From NCBI GenBank assembly GCA_015163825.1, contig JAAOIL010000162.1, positions 1-25,360 of the forward strand: a stretch of 25,360 nt of DNA, in the 5' to 3' direction. Shown here piece after piece: positions 9,940-18,687 of this stretch (its first letter is position 1; each line of letters begins with the position of its first letter). This stretch comes from Alphaproteobacteria bacterium. GTDB lineage: Bacteria; Pseudomonadota; Alphaproteobacteria; RS24. The translations under genes and the position numbers were made by a program. The notes beneath the pieces were generated by a model that saw only the letters and a program-made list of their open reading frames with translations, searched no databases and was not told the DNA's origin.

Positions 9940-10016
9940 CGGAGTGTAGCGCAGCTCGGTAGCGCACTTGTCTGGGGGACAAGGGGTCGTGGGTTCAAAT
10001 CCCGCCACTCCGACCA
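9940..10016 (+). tRNA. tRNA-Pro (GGG)
   Basis: 77 nt. CGGAGTG acceptor stem, anticodon stem CTTGT/ACAAG with loop CT-GGG-GG, GTTCAAATC T-loop, encoded CCA. Confidence 0.96.
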
Positions 10017-10017
10017 T

Positions 10018-11127
10018 TTATTTTTTTGATGAGAGCGTGAGGGCATAGTTCGTGCTTCGCCCACCTGCAGAATTTTTTTGTAAAATACCACGTTCTATTA
10101 AATCGGTGATGTCGCGCAGAGCGGTATCTTGTGAGCACTTACCAATTTTCGCCCATTTGCTAGAGGTCAGATTTCCTGTAAAGCCATCAAATAAGCGATT
10201 GATAAATAAACGTTGCCGCTCATTAAATAAGTCCTCTTTATGATTATCCCAAAAATGCGACTTGGTTAATACAACCGCAAGCATTTTATCAGAGGCTATA
10301 ATCGTGTTCCGCAAACACTCCAAGAACCAGATAATCCATAATGTTATATCCAGCCCCCCTTTTTGACATTGTTCTAGCACATCATAATATCCCTTGCGCT
10401 GCTTTTGTATTTGCGAAGACATACTATAAAAACGCTTTTGACTTTGCTCTGCTTGCGCCAATGTCATATCAGCAATGGCACGGGCAATGCGTCCATTACC
10501 ATCATCAAAAGGATGAATAGTGACAAACCAAAAATGCGCCAATGCCGATTTCAAAACTAAATCCATATCAGAGGGCGTGTTATACCACGCCATAAAATCC
10601 ATCATCTCTTTTTCTAAGCGATCAAAGGTGGGGGCTTCATAATGCACTTTTTCTTTGCCAATAGCCCCCGATACAACTTGCATTGCCCCCGCAGAATCAT
10701 CTCGCCATTCCCCGACATTGATATGCTGCATACCACTGCTACCCGCACGAAAAAGCGCAGTGTGCCAATTACACAAACGCTCTTTCGTTAAAGGCTTGTT
10801 GTGTTTTTGCGTGGCATCTAACATTATTTCAACAATGCCCTCAACATCGCGCGAGGGCGGGATAGGGGTGGCAATATCCATACCCAGTTTGCGCGCAATT
10901 GAAGATCGCACTTGTTCAGCATCTAGTGTTTCACCTTCAATCTCTGATGTCTTGGTGACATCATGAGTTAGTGTCTCCAGCGAGGCTTCCTCTTGCAAGA
11001 TAAACCCAAGCGTTTCCATACGCCCCAGTAGTTTGCCTTGCAAATGCCGAACATCAGCAAGCAAATCTGCAGTTTTTGTATGGTCAATCGTTAGGCGAGG
11101 CCAATTTTTCTGATTATGGATATACAT
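10018..11127 (-). CDS. Fic family protein with DUF4172-type N-terminus and probable C-terminal HTH
   Basis: MYIHNQKNWP N-terminus, inhibitory TSEIEG motif, catalytic HPFDDGNGRIAR, and the C-terminal 'SKWAKIGKCSQDTALRDITDL' HTH. Start ATG 11127 follows a GGAGA RBS. Confidence 0.93.
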   Translation of the reverse strand: MYIHNQKNWPRLTIDHTKTADLLADVRHLQGKLLGRMETLGFILQEEASLETLTHDVTKTSEIEGETLDAEQVRSSIARKLGMDIATPIPPSRDVEGIVEIMLDATQKHNKPLTKERLCNWHTALFRAGSSGMQHINVGEWRDDSAGAMQVVSGAIGKEKVHYEAPTFDRLEKEMMDFMAWYNTPSDMDLVLKSALAHFWFVTIHPFDDGNGRIARAIADMTLAQAEQSQKRFYSMSSQIQKQRKGYYDVLEQCQKGGLDITLWIIWFLECLRNTIIASDKMLAVVLTKSHFWDNHKEDLFNERQRLFINRLFDGFTGNLTSSKWAKIGKCSQDTALRDITDLIERGILQKNSAGGRSTNYALTLSSKK

Positions 11128-11128
11128 A

Positions 11129-11209
11129 TATTCTCCGCATTTTGTGCGGCGAATATAGCCTTTATTCTCCGCATTAGCAAGAATAATCACCGCACTTTAT
11201 GCGGAGATT
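11129..11209. promoter_or_regulatory. Array of operator-like palindromes (CCGCA-N5-TGCGG) upstream of the Fic gene
   Basis: Imperfect palindromes at 11131-11153 (TTCTCCGCA-TTTTG-TGCGGCGAA) and 11185-11209 (AATCACCGCA-CTTTA-TGCGGAGATT), plus the 13-bp direct repeat TATTCTCCGCATT at 11129 and 11163. Confidence 0.6.
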
Positions 11210-11236
11210 AGCGCATAATTCCCACACTTACGCCAT

Positions 11237-11455
11237 TTATTCGGGTTTTTGCATCCATTTGATGAGTATGGCGGGGGGGATTGTCCATAACAGCCCTGCA
11301 CTCAAATAGAATAAGAAGGTTGCCAGCGCATTATCCGCCACACCACTTTCAAGAAAGGGGGTGCTGATGACAACTGCCAATACCATCATCGCATAAATTG
11401 GTAGCCATATAATAATGGCAATCATACCGAAGAATTTCCGTGTTCTCTTTTTCAT
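11237..11455 (-). CDS. Small two-TM membrane protein, DUF2842-like
   Basis: Basic 'RTRKFFGMI' N-terminus, two hydrophobic helices and a 'GLLWTIPPA-LIKWM' end. Divergent from ctaA as in other alphaproteobacteria. Start ATG 11455 chosen. Confidence 0.75.
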   Translation of the reverse strand: MKKRTRKFFGMIAIIIWLPIYAMMVLAVVISTPFLESGVADNALATFLFYLSAGLLWTIPPAILIKWMQKPE

Positions 11456-11515
11456 AAAAAGACTATAGCGCATTTTGTGCGTGATAAAATCACCTTTATT
11501 ATTTATAGTGATTTT

Positions 11516-12514
11516 ATGAAAAGAGATGTAGCGATATGGTTATTCACCCTTGCGGCTTCGGTTGTGGTGTTGGTGTTGGTGGGGGGGCTAACGCGTTTAA
11601 CGGATAGTGGTTTGTCTATCACGCAGTGGCAGCCGATAGCGGGGATAGTGCCGCCGCTTACAGATGAAGCGTGGGCACAAGCCTTTGCGCTTTATCGGCA
11701 GATACCGGAATATCAGCTTATCAATCATGGTATGAGCCTTGCGGACTTCCAATATATTTATTGGTGGGAGTGGGCGCATCGTGCTTTAGGCAGAATGGTT
11801 GGGTTGATATTTCTTGTGCCGTTCATTATTTTTCTTATGCGGCGGCGCTTATCCCGCCACGAACTACCGCCTTTATTGATATTATTTGCCATGGGGGCGG
11901 CGCAAGGTATTTTGGGTTGGTATATGGTGCAGAGCGGTTTGGTTGATAACGTTGATGTTAGTCATTATCGTTTGGCATCGCATTTGGGATTGGCGTTGGG
12001 GATATTCGTATTTAGTCTGTGGCTGGGGCTTTGCTATTGGTATGGGCGACCGCGCAATAGGGGCAGTCATCACAGACAAGCGGCATTTATTCTGGCTTTG
12101 GTGTGGGGGCAATCTTTGTTGGGGGCATTGGTGGCGGGGTTAGATGCTGGCACAATCTATAATGATTTTCCCCTTATGGATGGCGCATGGTTCCCCGAAG
12201 GTTTATTTTCCCCAATAAAAGGGGGTGTGCTGGGTGACCCTTTAAGCGTCCAATTCCTCCACCGCATAACAGCCTATGCCTTGCTTGGGCTGGCTCTGTG
12301 GCATATTTTTAGCACCAGAGGAAACGGCAGAGGAAACGGCAGAGGAAACGGCAAAGCCTTATTAACCGCCATTTTCGGGCAGATGTTATTGGGCATAGCC
12401 ACTCTCCTTTATACAGCGCCCTTATTATTGGCGGTGGCACATCAAATCGGGGCGGTGGTGGTTTTGGCTCTGGCAACGGCGCATCTCTATAATTTACGCT
12501 ATATGGTAAAATAG
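11516..12514 (+). CDS. ctaA: Heme A synthase (COX15/CtaA)
   Basis: Motifs GGLTRLTDSGLSITQW, EWAHRALGR, GWYMVQSG, RLASHL, HRITA and HQIG. Start ATG 11516 chosen. Confidence 0.94.
   Translation: MKRDVAIWLFTLAASVVVLVLVGGLTRLTDSGLSITQWQPIAGIVPPLTDEAWAQAFALYRQIPEYQLINHGMSLADFQYIYWWEWAHRALGRMVGLIFLVPFIIFLMRRRLSRHELPPLLILFAMGAAQGILGWYMVQSGLVDNVDVSHYRLASHLGLALGIFVFSLWLGLCYWYGRPRNRGSHHRQAAFILALVWGQSLLGALVAGLDAGTIYNDFPLMDGAWFPEGLFSPIKGGVLGDPLSVQFLHRITAYALLGLALWHIFSTRGNGRGNGRGNGKALLTAIFGQMLLGIATLLYTAPLLLAVAHQIGAVVVLALATAHLYNLRYMVK
12316..12353 (+). repeat. 12-bp tandem repeat, 3 exact copies (CAGAGGAAACGG), in ctaA
   Basis: Encodes RGNG-RGNG-RGNG in a loop between TM helices. Confidence 0.97.
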
Positions 12515-12577
12515 ATGTTGATTTTCTGCGGATTTATCAGTAGAAGGACGCAATCATTCAAGAAGGAAAGATAAGTG

Positions 12578-13039
12578 ATGAAAACATACTCTGCCAAACC
12601 TGCGGAAATAGAAAAGAAATGGGTGCTGATTGATGCGACCAATATGGTGGTCGGGCGTCTAGCGGCTGCCATTGCTTTGCGTTTGCGTGGTAAGCATTTG
12701 ACGCATTACACACCGCATATGGATTGCGGCGATAATGTTATCATCATCAATGCCGATAAGATTTCTTTCACAGGCAGAAAAATGAGTAACAAAAAATATT
12801 ATCGCCATACTGGTTATCCGGGCGGCATTAAAGAGACGACTCCTGAAAAGATATTGGAAGGTCGTTTTCCCGAACGTGTTGTAGAGATGGCGATTAAAAG
12901 AATGCTACCGAGCGGTCCTTTGGGGCGGCAGTTGATGCGTAATCTAAAAGTCTATGCGCGTGATACACATCCACACGAAGCACAGTCACCAGTGGTGCTA
13001 GATTTAGCGGCAGCCAATGCCAAGAATGTAAGGAAATAA
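12578..13039 (+). CDS. rplM: 50S ribosomal protein L13
   Basis: Motifs [32 protein letters not shown] and MLP-GPLGR. Confidence 0.98.
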   Translation: MKTYSAKPAEIEKKWVLIDATNMVVGRLAAAIALRLRGKHLTHYTPHMDCGDNVIIINADKISFTGRKMSNKKYYRHTGYPGGIKETTPEKILEGRFPERVVEMAIKRMLPSGPLGRQLMRNLKVYARDTHPHEAQSPVVLDLAAANAKNVRK

Positions 13040-13040
13040 T

Positions 13041-13580
13041 ATGTCCGAGACGACACTAGAAAATCTTGACGAAGCCCTCGCCAATGCAAAGCGTGAAGAG
13101 AAAGCGGCAGATGCAAATCCCGCCTCTACTGCTTCTGCCGCAGCTGATGCGCCAGAAGAGGCATCAGTGCTTGTGGAACCTCAGATAGATGATTTGGGTC
13201 GTTCTTATGCGACTGGCAAACGCAAAGATGCGGTTGCTCGTGTCTGGATTAAGCCCGGCACAGGTAAAATCACCGTCAATGGTAAAGACGAAACAATATA
13301 TTTCCCTCGTCCTGTGTCGCGTATGGTTATGCGTCAGCCTTTGGTGGCGGCAGGTCGTGATGGTCAGTTTGATGTTGTGGCGACCGTTCGTGGTGGTGGT
13401 CTTTCTGGGCAAGCGGGTGCCGTGCGGCATGGATTATCTAAGGCGTTGACCTATTATGAGCCTGCTTTACGGGCAGTTTTGAAAAAAGAGGGCTTCCTCA
13501 CGCGCGATAGCCGTGTGGTAGAGCGCAAGAAATATGGACGAGCGAAAGCCCGCCGTAGCTTCCAATTCTCTAAACGATAA
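13041..13580 (+). CDS. rpsI: 30S ribosomal protein S9 with an acidic/Ala-rich N-terminal extension
   Basis: Motifs [27 protein letters not shown] and [23 protein letters not shown]. Confidence 0.98.
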   Translation: MSETTLENLDEALANAKREEKAADANPASTASAAADAPEEASVLVEPQIDDLGRSYATGKRKDAVARVWIKPGTGKITVNGKDETIYFPRPVSRMVMRQPLVAAGRDGQFDVVATVRGGGLSGQAGAVRHGLSKALTYYEPALRAVLKKEGFLTRDSRVVERKKYGRAKARRSFQFSKR

Positions 13581-13605
13581 GATAAAATGGTCAAATAGCC
13601 TTGAG

Positions 13606-13633
13606 AAAGGGGGAGCCATTAGGCTCCTTTTTT
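13606..13633 (+). terminator. Intrinsic terminator after rplM-rpsI
   Basis: GGAGCC-ATTA-GGCTCC hairpin followed by a T run. Confidence 0.85.
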
Positions 13634-13667
13634 GTTATGAATAAGGCTTGAAGCAAAGGAGATTGAT

Positions 13668-14144
13668 ATGAATAAGACAATAGACGGAACAAGTGTCACA
13701 ATAGATGACATTATGGAATATCTTCCGCATCGTTATCCATTTCTTTTGGTGGATAGGGTGGAGGAGATGAATGGTGAAGACAGCGCCGTCGGTATTAAAA
13801 ATATCACGGCGAGCGAGCCATGGTTTACGGGACACTTCCCGACCGAACCGATATTTCCGGGTGTGCTGATTATTGAGGCGATAGCACAAACTTCGGCAAT
13901 CCTTGTGGCGCACGCGAAAAAGCAAACGGGGGAGCATGTGAAATCTAACATCGTTTATTTTATGGCGGTGGATAATATGCGTTTTCGTCATCCTGCCAAG
14001 CCGGGTGATCAGTTGCGCATCCATGTAGAAAAGATGAAGTCGCGCGGCTTTATTTATCGCTTCAAGGGCAGAGTTATGGCGGGGGATAATCTCATCGCTG
14101 AAGGCGAAACAATGATGATGGCAGTGGTAGAAGAAAACAAATGA
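13668..14144 (+). CDS. fabZ: 3-hydroxyacyl-ACP dehydratase
   Basis: Motifs [42 protein letters not shown] and PGDQL; AAGGAG RBS. Confidence 0.93.
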   Translation: [158 protein letters not shown]

Positions 14145-15178
14145 CAAAGAAAATAAAAGTAGGGGTGATTGGGGCATCGGGCTATACAGGTGCGGATGCC
14201 GTGCGTTTGCTGGCAGGGCACCCCTATGCAGAGATTGTCGTTCTTTGTGCTCATACGCATGCAGGGCAAAATATGGAGGATATATTCCCTCAATTTACGG
14301 GGCTTGCTCTGCCGCCTTTGCAAAAGGTGGAAGATGTTGATTGGTCTAAAATAGATGTTGTGCTTTGTGGCTTGCCGCATGCGACGGCACAAGATGTGAT
14401 TTGCACACTACCAGATGATTTGAAGATTATAGATATGTCTGCCGACTTCCGCTTGCGCAATGCGGATACTTATGCGCAATGGTATGGTCGCGCCCACACA
14501 GCACCTGCTTTATTAAGCCAAGCGGTTTATGGGTTAAGCGAACATTATGGCGATGAAATAAAATCGGCAAGACTTGTTGCGTGTCCGGGTTGTTATCCGA
14601 CAGCCGTTTTGCTTTTGCTTTTGCCATTGGTGAAGGCGGGATTGATAGATGTGGACGACCTCATCATTGATGCGAAATCAGGTGTCAGTGGGACGGGGCG
14701 CAACGTGAAAGAGAGCAATTTATTTTGCGAAACAGCCGAAGGCACACAAGCCTATAGTGTCGCCGCCCATCGCCATGCACCAGAGATTGAACAAGAACTG
14801 GCGCGTGTGGCGGGGTGTGATGTTGTGGTTAATTTCACGCCCCACCTCATCCCGATGAATAGGGGGGAGTTGGTTAGTATTTATGCCAAAAGCAAAAGTC
14901 GGGCAGCAGATATTCGGGCGGCATTGGCAAGTGCTTATGGGGATGCGGCGTTTATTCATATCGGGGCGACAGGGCTTGTGCCTTCCACGCGTCATGTGCG
15001 GGGGTCTAATTATGCGATGCTCAATGCTTTTGACGATAGAATTGACGGGCGGGTAATTTTGTTTGCAGCGATTGATAATTTGGTAAAAGGCTCCAGTGGT
15101 CAGGCGGTGCAGAATATGAATCTTATGTTTGGCTTCGGCGAGACTTGCGGGCTAGAACAACAACCGCTAGCCCCATAA
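14141..15178 (+). CDS. argC: N-acetyl-gamma-glutamyl-phosphate reductase
   Basis: Motifs GASGYTG, LPH, DMSADFRL, catalytic ACPGCYPT, DAKSGVSG, HRHAPEI and IDNLVKGSSGQAVQNMN. Confidence 0.97.
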   Translation: MTKKIKVGVIGASGYTGADAVRLLAGHPYAEIVVLCAHTHAGQNMEDIFPQFTGLALPPLQKVEDVDWSKIDVVLCGLPHATAQDVICTLPDDLKIIDMSADFRLRNADTYAQWYGRAHTAPALLSQAVYGLSEHYGDEIKSARLVACPGCYPTAVLLLLLPLVKAGLIDVDDLIIDAKSGVSGTGRNVKESNLFCETAEGTQAYSVAAHRHAPEIEQELARVAGCDVVVNFTPHLIPMNRGELVSIYAKSKSRAADIRAALASAYGDAAFIHIGATGLVPSTRHVRGSNYAMLNAFDDRIDGRVILFAAIDNLVKGSSGQAVQNMNLMFGFGETCGLEQQPLAP

Positions 15179-15191
15179 TGGAGACGGAATA

Positions 15192-16394
15192 ATGGAAGAA
15201 GAATTTCAACGTATTGCCCGACTGCCGCCTTATGTGTTTGAGCGGGTTAATCAGCTAAAGGCGCAATCGCGGGCGGCGGGCAACGATATTATTGATTTTG
15301 GTATGGGTAATCCAGATTTGCCGACCCCCCCGCATATTGTTGAGAAATTGGTGGAAACCGTTCGCAATCCGCGTACGCATCGCTATTCTGCGTCTAAGGG
15401 GATTGTTGGTTTGCGCCGTGCGCAGGCAAGATATTACGAACGTCGCTTTGGGGTTAAGCTCAATCCAGATACGGAAGTTATCGCCACACTCGGCTCTAAA
15501 GAAGGCTTTGCGAATATGGCGCAAGCGATTACCAATCCGGGTGATGTGTTTCTTGTGCCTAACCCGACTTATCCTATCCATCCGTTTGGTTTTATTATAT
15601 CGGGTGCTACTATTCGGCACTTACCCTTATCGGATGATACCGATTTTATGGAAGTGCTAGATAAAGCCGTGGCACATTCCCACCCCAAGCCGAAAGCATT
15701 GGTGCTTAACTTCCCTGCCAATCCGACAGCGCAAATTGTGGATTTAAGTTTTTATAAAGAAGTGGTGCGCTATGCGAAAAAACACGATATTATTTTATTG
15801 TCAGACCTCGCCTATGCGGAGATTTATTTTGATGAAAATGCGCGACCCCCTTCTATTTTACAAGTAGAGGGGGCGCGTGATGTGGCGGTAGAATTTACGT
15901 CTTTGTCTAAAACTTTTTCTATGCCGGGTTGGCGTGTCGGGTTTGCGGTGGGTAATGAAAATCTTATTCGGGCTTTGACGCGTATTAAATCCTATTTAGA
16001 TTATGGGGCATTCACCCCTATACAGGTGGCGGCGGTAACAGCGTTAGATTCCCCTGATAGTGTCATACAAGAGATTCGCGACACCTATAAAGAACGCCGT
16101 GATACGGTGGTAGATGTATTCGCAAGGGCTGGTTGGCATGTGCCAGCACCAGCCGCAACAATGTTTGCGTGGGCGAAAATCCCCCCGATATTTGGCGATA
16201 TGAAATCGCTAGAGTTCTCGACTTTGCTATTGCAAGAGGCGCATGTTGCGGTTTCACCCGGCATTGGCTTTGGTGAATATGGCGATGGTCATGTTCGTAT
16301 TGCTTTGGTGGAGAACGAGCAACGTGTGCGCCAAGCAGGGCGCAACCTCAAGCGATTTATTGAAGATTATAGCCGCGAAAAGAAATCGGCATGA
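15192..16394 (+). CDS. PLP-dependent class I/II aminotransferase (AlaC / LL-DAP aminotransferase-like)
   Basis: Motifs RLPPYVF, DFGMGNPD, GSKEG, NFPANPT, SDLAYAE and the PLP-lysine SLSKTFSMPGWRVG. Conserved position upstream of hom. Substrate not determinable from the sequence. Confidence 0.88.
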   Translation: MEEEFQRIARLPPYVFERVNQLKAQSRAAGNDIIDFGMGNPDLPTPPHIVEKLVETVRNPRTHRYSASKGIVGLRRAQARYYERRFGVKLNPDTEVIATLGSKEGFANMAQAITNPGDVFLVPNPTYPIHPFGFIISGATIRHLPLSDDTDFMEVLDKAVAHSHPKPKALVLNFPANPTAQIVDLSFYKEVVRYAKKHDIILLSDLAYAEIYFDENARPPSILQVEGARDVAVEFTSLSKTFSMPGWRVGFAVGNENLIRALTRIKSYLDYGAFTPIQVAAVTALDSPDSVIQEIRDTYKERRDTVVDVFARAGWHVPAPAATMFAWAKIPPIFGDMKSLEFSTLLLQEAHVAVSPGIGFGEYGDGHVRIALVENEQRVRQAGRNLKRFIEDYSREKKSA

Positions 16395-17662
16395 GTGCGC
16401 CTTCTTTACGCATTGGTCTTGCAGGGCTAGGGGTCGTGGGGGCGACGCTTGCCAAGCGATTATTATCGGGGGCGGTGTCGGGTGCGGTATTGACGGCAGT
16501 ATCGGCGCGTGATGCTAACCGAGATAGAGGCATAGATTTATCGGGGCTAGAATTTGTCGCCGATGCCACCACCCTTGCCCAATCGGATAATGTTGATGTG
16601 GTGGTGGAGTTAATCGGGGGTAGCAATGGGGCGGCATTAAATCTTGTGCGGGCGGCAGTGGCGGCGGGTAAGCCTGTTATCACTGCCAATAAAGCGATGT
16701 TGGCAGAACACGCCGATGAGTTATCGTTAGCCACCACGCCCATATCGTATGAGGCGGCGATAGCGGGGGGTATCCCGATTGTCAAAACCTTGCGTGAGGG
16801 TTTGGTAGGAAATAATATCCTCGCGCTTGGTGGTATTTTGAATGGCACTTGTAATTACATATTAACACGCATGGAAGAGGCGGGGTTATCTTTTGATGAT
16901 GCTCTGGCAGAAGCACAAGCGGCAGGGTTTGCGGAAGCCGATCCAACACTAGATATAAGCGGTGCCGATGCGGCGCAGAAATTAATTCTGCTGGGGGCGT
17001 TAGCGTTTGATGTGCGCCCCGATATAAATAAGTGGTCGGTGCTGGGTATTGAACATATCACGGCACGCGATATTGCTTTGGCGCAAGAGTTCTCTTATGT
17101 CATTCGCTTGGTGGCGATTGCCTCGTGTCGCGATAATCAAATCTATATGCAAGTTGCGCCTATGCTTGTGCGACAGGGCTCGGCATTGGCACAGATAAAA
17201 CGAGAGACCAATGCGGTATTCATTGAGGCAGAGCCAGTCGGGCGATTGATTTTGCAAGGCGCGGGTGCGGGTGGTGGTGCGACTGCCTCTGCGGTGTTGG
17301 CGGATATTGCCGATATGGTGGCGGGGCGTGGTCGTTCCCTATTTGCGCATCCGACAAAAGATATGCGCGAATCGCCAGCCGATGGTGTGATGTCTGCCCC
17401 CGATAGGATGTGGTATTTGCGCCTTATGCTAACGAATAAGGCGGGTAGCATTGCTCAAATCACGCAAATTTTGGCAGAAAATGGCGTTTCGGTAAAAGAA
17501 GTTGTGCAAAGGTCGCAACACGGTGATGACAATCGCTTGCCGATTGGCTTTATTACGGATAAGGCTTCGGCACAGGCGATAATGCAGGTGGGCGCGGCAT
17601 TACAGGCGCGGGACGATATCTGTAGTGATATTGTGCATTTGCCTCTTTATGACGATGATTGA
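16391..17662 (+). CDS. hom: Homoserine dehydrogenase with C-terminal ACT domain
   Basis: Motifs GLGVVG, VVVELIGG, VITANKAMLA, YEAAIAGGIP, GILNGTCNYIL, GFAEADP and GAGAGGGATASAV. Confidence 0.96.
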   Translation: MSAPSLRIGLAGLGVVGATLAKRLLSGAVSGAVLTAVSARDANRDRGIDLSGLEFVADATTLAQSDNVDVVVELIGGSNGAALNLVRAAVAAGKPVITANKAMLAEHADELSLATTPISYEAAIAGGIPIVKTLREGLVGNNILALGGILNGTCNYILTRMEEAGLSFDDALAEAQAAGFAEADPTLDISGADAAQKLILLGALAFDVRPDINKWSVLGIEHITARDIALAQEFSYVIRLVAIASCRDNQIYMQVAPMLVRQGSALAQIKRETNAVFIEAEPVGRLILQGAGAGGGATASAVLADIADMVAGRGRSLFAHPTKDMRESPADGVMSAPDRMWYLRLMLTNKAGSIAQITQILAENGVSVKEVVQRSQHGDDNRLPIGFITDKASAQAIMQVGAALQARDDICSDIVHLPLYDDD

Positions 17663-17674
17663 TAAGGATTAAGA

Positions 17675-18673
17675 ATGACAAAAAAGACAGATAGAATAAA
17701 TCGGGTTTTAACGATGGAACTGGCGCGTGTAACAGAACGCGCGGCTGTTTCGGCGGCACGATTGATAGGTCGTGGTGATGAGAAGGCGGCAGACCAAGCG
17801 GCGGTTGATGCCATGCGGCGCGAACTCAATGCGCTAGACATTGATGGCGAAGTTGTCATAGGCGAGGGCGAGCGCGATGAAGCCCCGATGTTATTCATTG
17901 GCGAAAAAGTTGGCACGGGCAAAGGTCCCAAAGTAGATATTGCCTTAGACCCATTAGAAGGCACGACATTAACGGCAAAGGGTATGGGTAATGCGCTTGC
18001 GGTTGTGGCGATGGCACAAGCGGGTAGCCTATTGAATGCGCCCGATGTTTATATGGATAAGATTGCACTTGGCGGTGGCTATCCTGATAACCTTGTTGAT
18101 TTAGATGCCGACCCTGCCGATAATGTTAAGGCGGTGGCGAAAGCGAAGGGTGTTGATGTTGCGCATTTGAATGTGTGCATATTAGATCGCCCTCGCCATG
18201 CGGAGATGATAGCGAAAGTGAGAGAGATTGGGGCGCGGATAACACTCATCACGGATGGTGATATTGCTGGCATTATTCACACGACAGACCCCAGCACGGG
18301 CATAGATTTATATATGGGCACGGGGGGGGCGCCAGAAGGTGTTTTGGCAGCCGCAGCCTTGCGTTGCACAGATGGGCAAATGCAGGGGCGGCTGGTGCTA
18401 AACGATGACGGACAAAAAAAGAGAGCCCAGAAAATGGGTATTACCGATTTCACAAAAAAATATAGCGTAGAAGAAATGGCAAAGGGTGATGTTGTGCTAT
18501 CGGCTACGGGTGTGACGTCTGGCTCTATGCTTTCGGGTATTGTTCATGTTAATGGGGTAAAGGGGGCGCAAAATGAAATCTGGACGGATACATTGCTGAT
18601 GCGCTCTTCCACTGGCACTATTCGCTGGATTAAAGCGCGTCATACACACGCGCACAAATTTCACCTCGCCTAA
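17675..18673 (+). CDS. glpX: Fructose-1,6-bisphosphatase class II
   Basis: Motifs ELARVTERAA, VIGEGERDEAPML, DPLEGT, DGDIAG, GTGGAPEGV and SATGVT. Confidence 0.96.
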   Translation: MTKKTDRINRVLTMELARVTERAAVSAARLIGRGDEKAADQAAVDAMRRELNALDIDGEVVIGEGERDEAPMLFIGEKVGTGKGPKVDIALDPLEGTTLTAKGMGNALAVVAMAQAGSLLNAPDVYMDKIALGGGYPDNLVDLDADPADNVKAVAKAKGVDVAHLNVCILDRPRHAEMIAKVREIGARITLITDGDIAGIIHTTDPSTGIDLYMGTGGAPEGVLAAAALRCTDGQMQGRLVLNDDGQKKRAQKMGITDFTKKYSVEEMAKGDVVLSATGVTSGSMLSGIVHVNGVKGAQNEIWTDTLLMRSSTGTIRWIKARHTHAHKFHLA

Positions 18674-18687
18674 ACAATGGTAGCGCA

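Noticed and set aside
11210-11236. Search for a duplicated tRNA-Pro 3' end (attR) beyond the Fic gene
   Set aside because: No copy of the tRNA 3' sequence was found here or elsewhere in the window, so no integrated element boundary can be defined.
13041-13190. Long acidic/Ala-rich N-terminal extension of S9
   Set aside because: Variable N-terminal extensions of S9 are common in alphaproteobacteria.
18322-18329. G8 tract in glpX (also G7 at 11273-79 in the DUF2842-like gene and A7 runs in glpX)
   Set aside because: In frame, encoding conserved Gly-Gly or Pro/Lys residues, and short. No evidence for phase variation.
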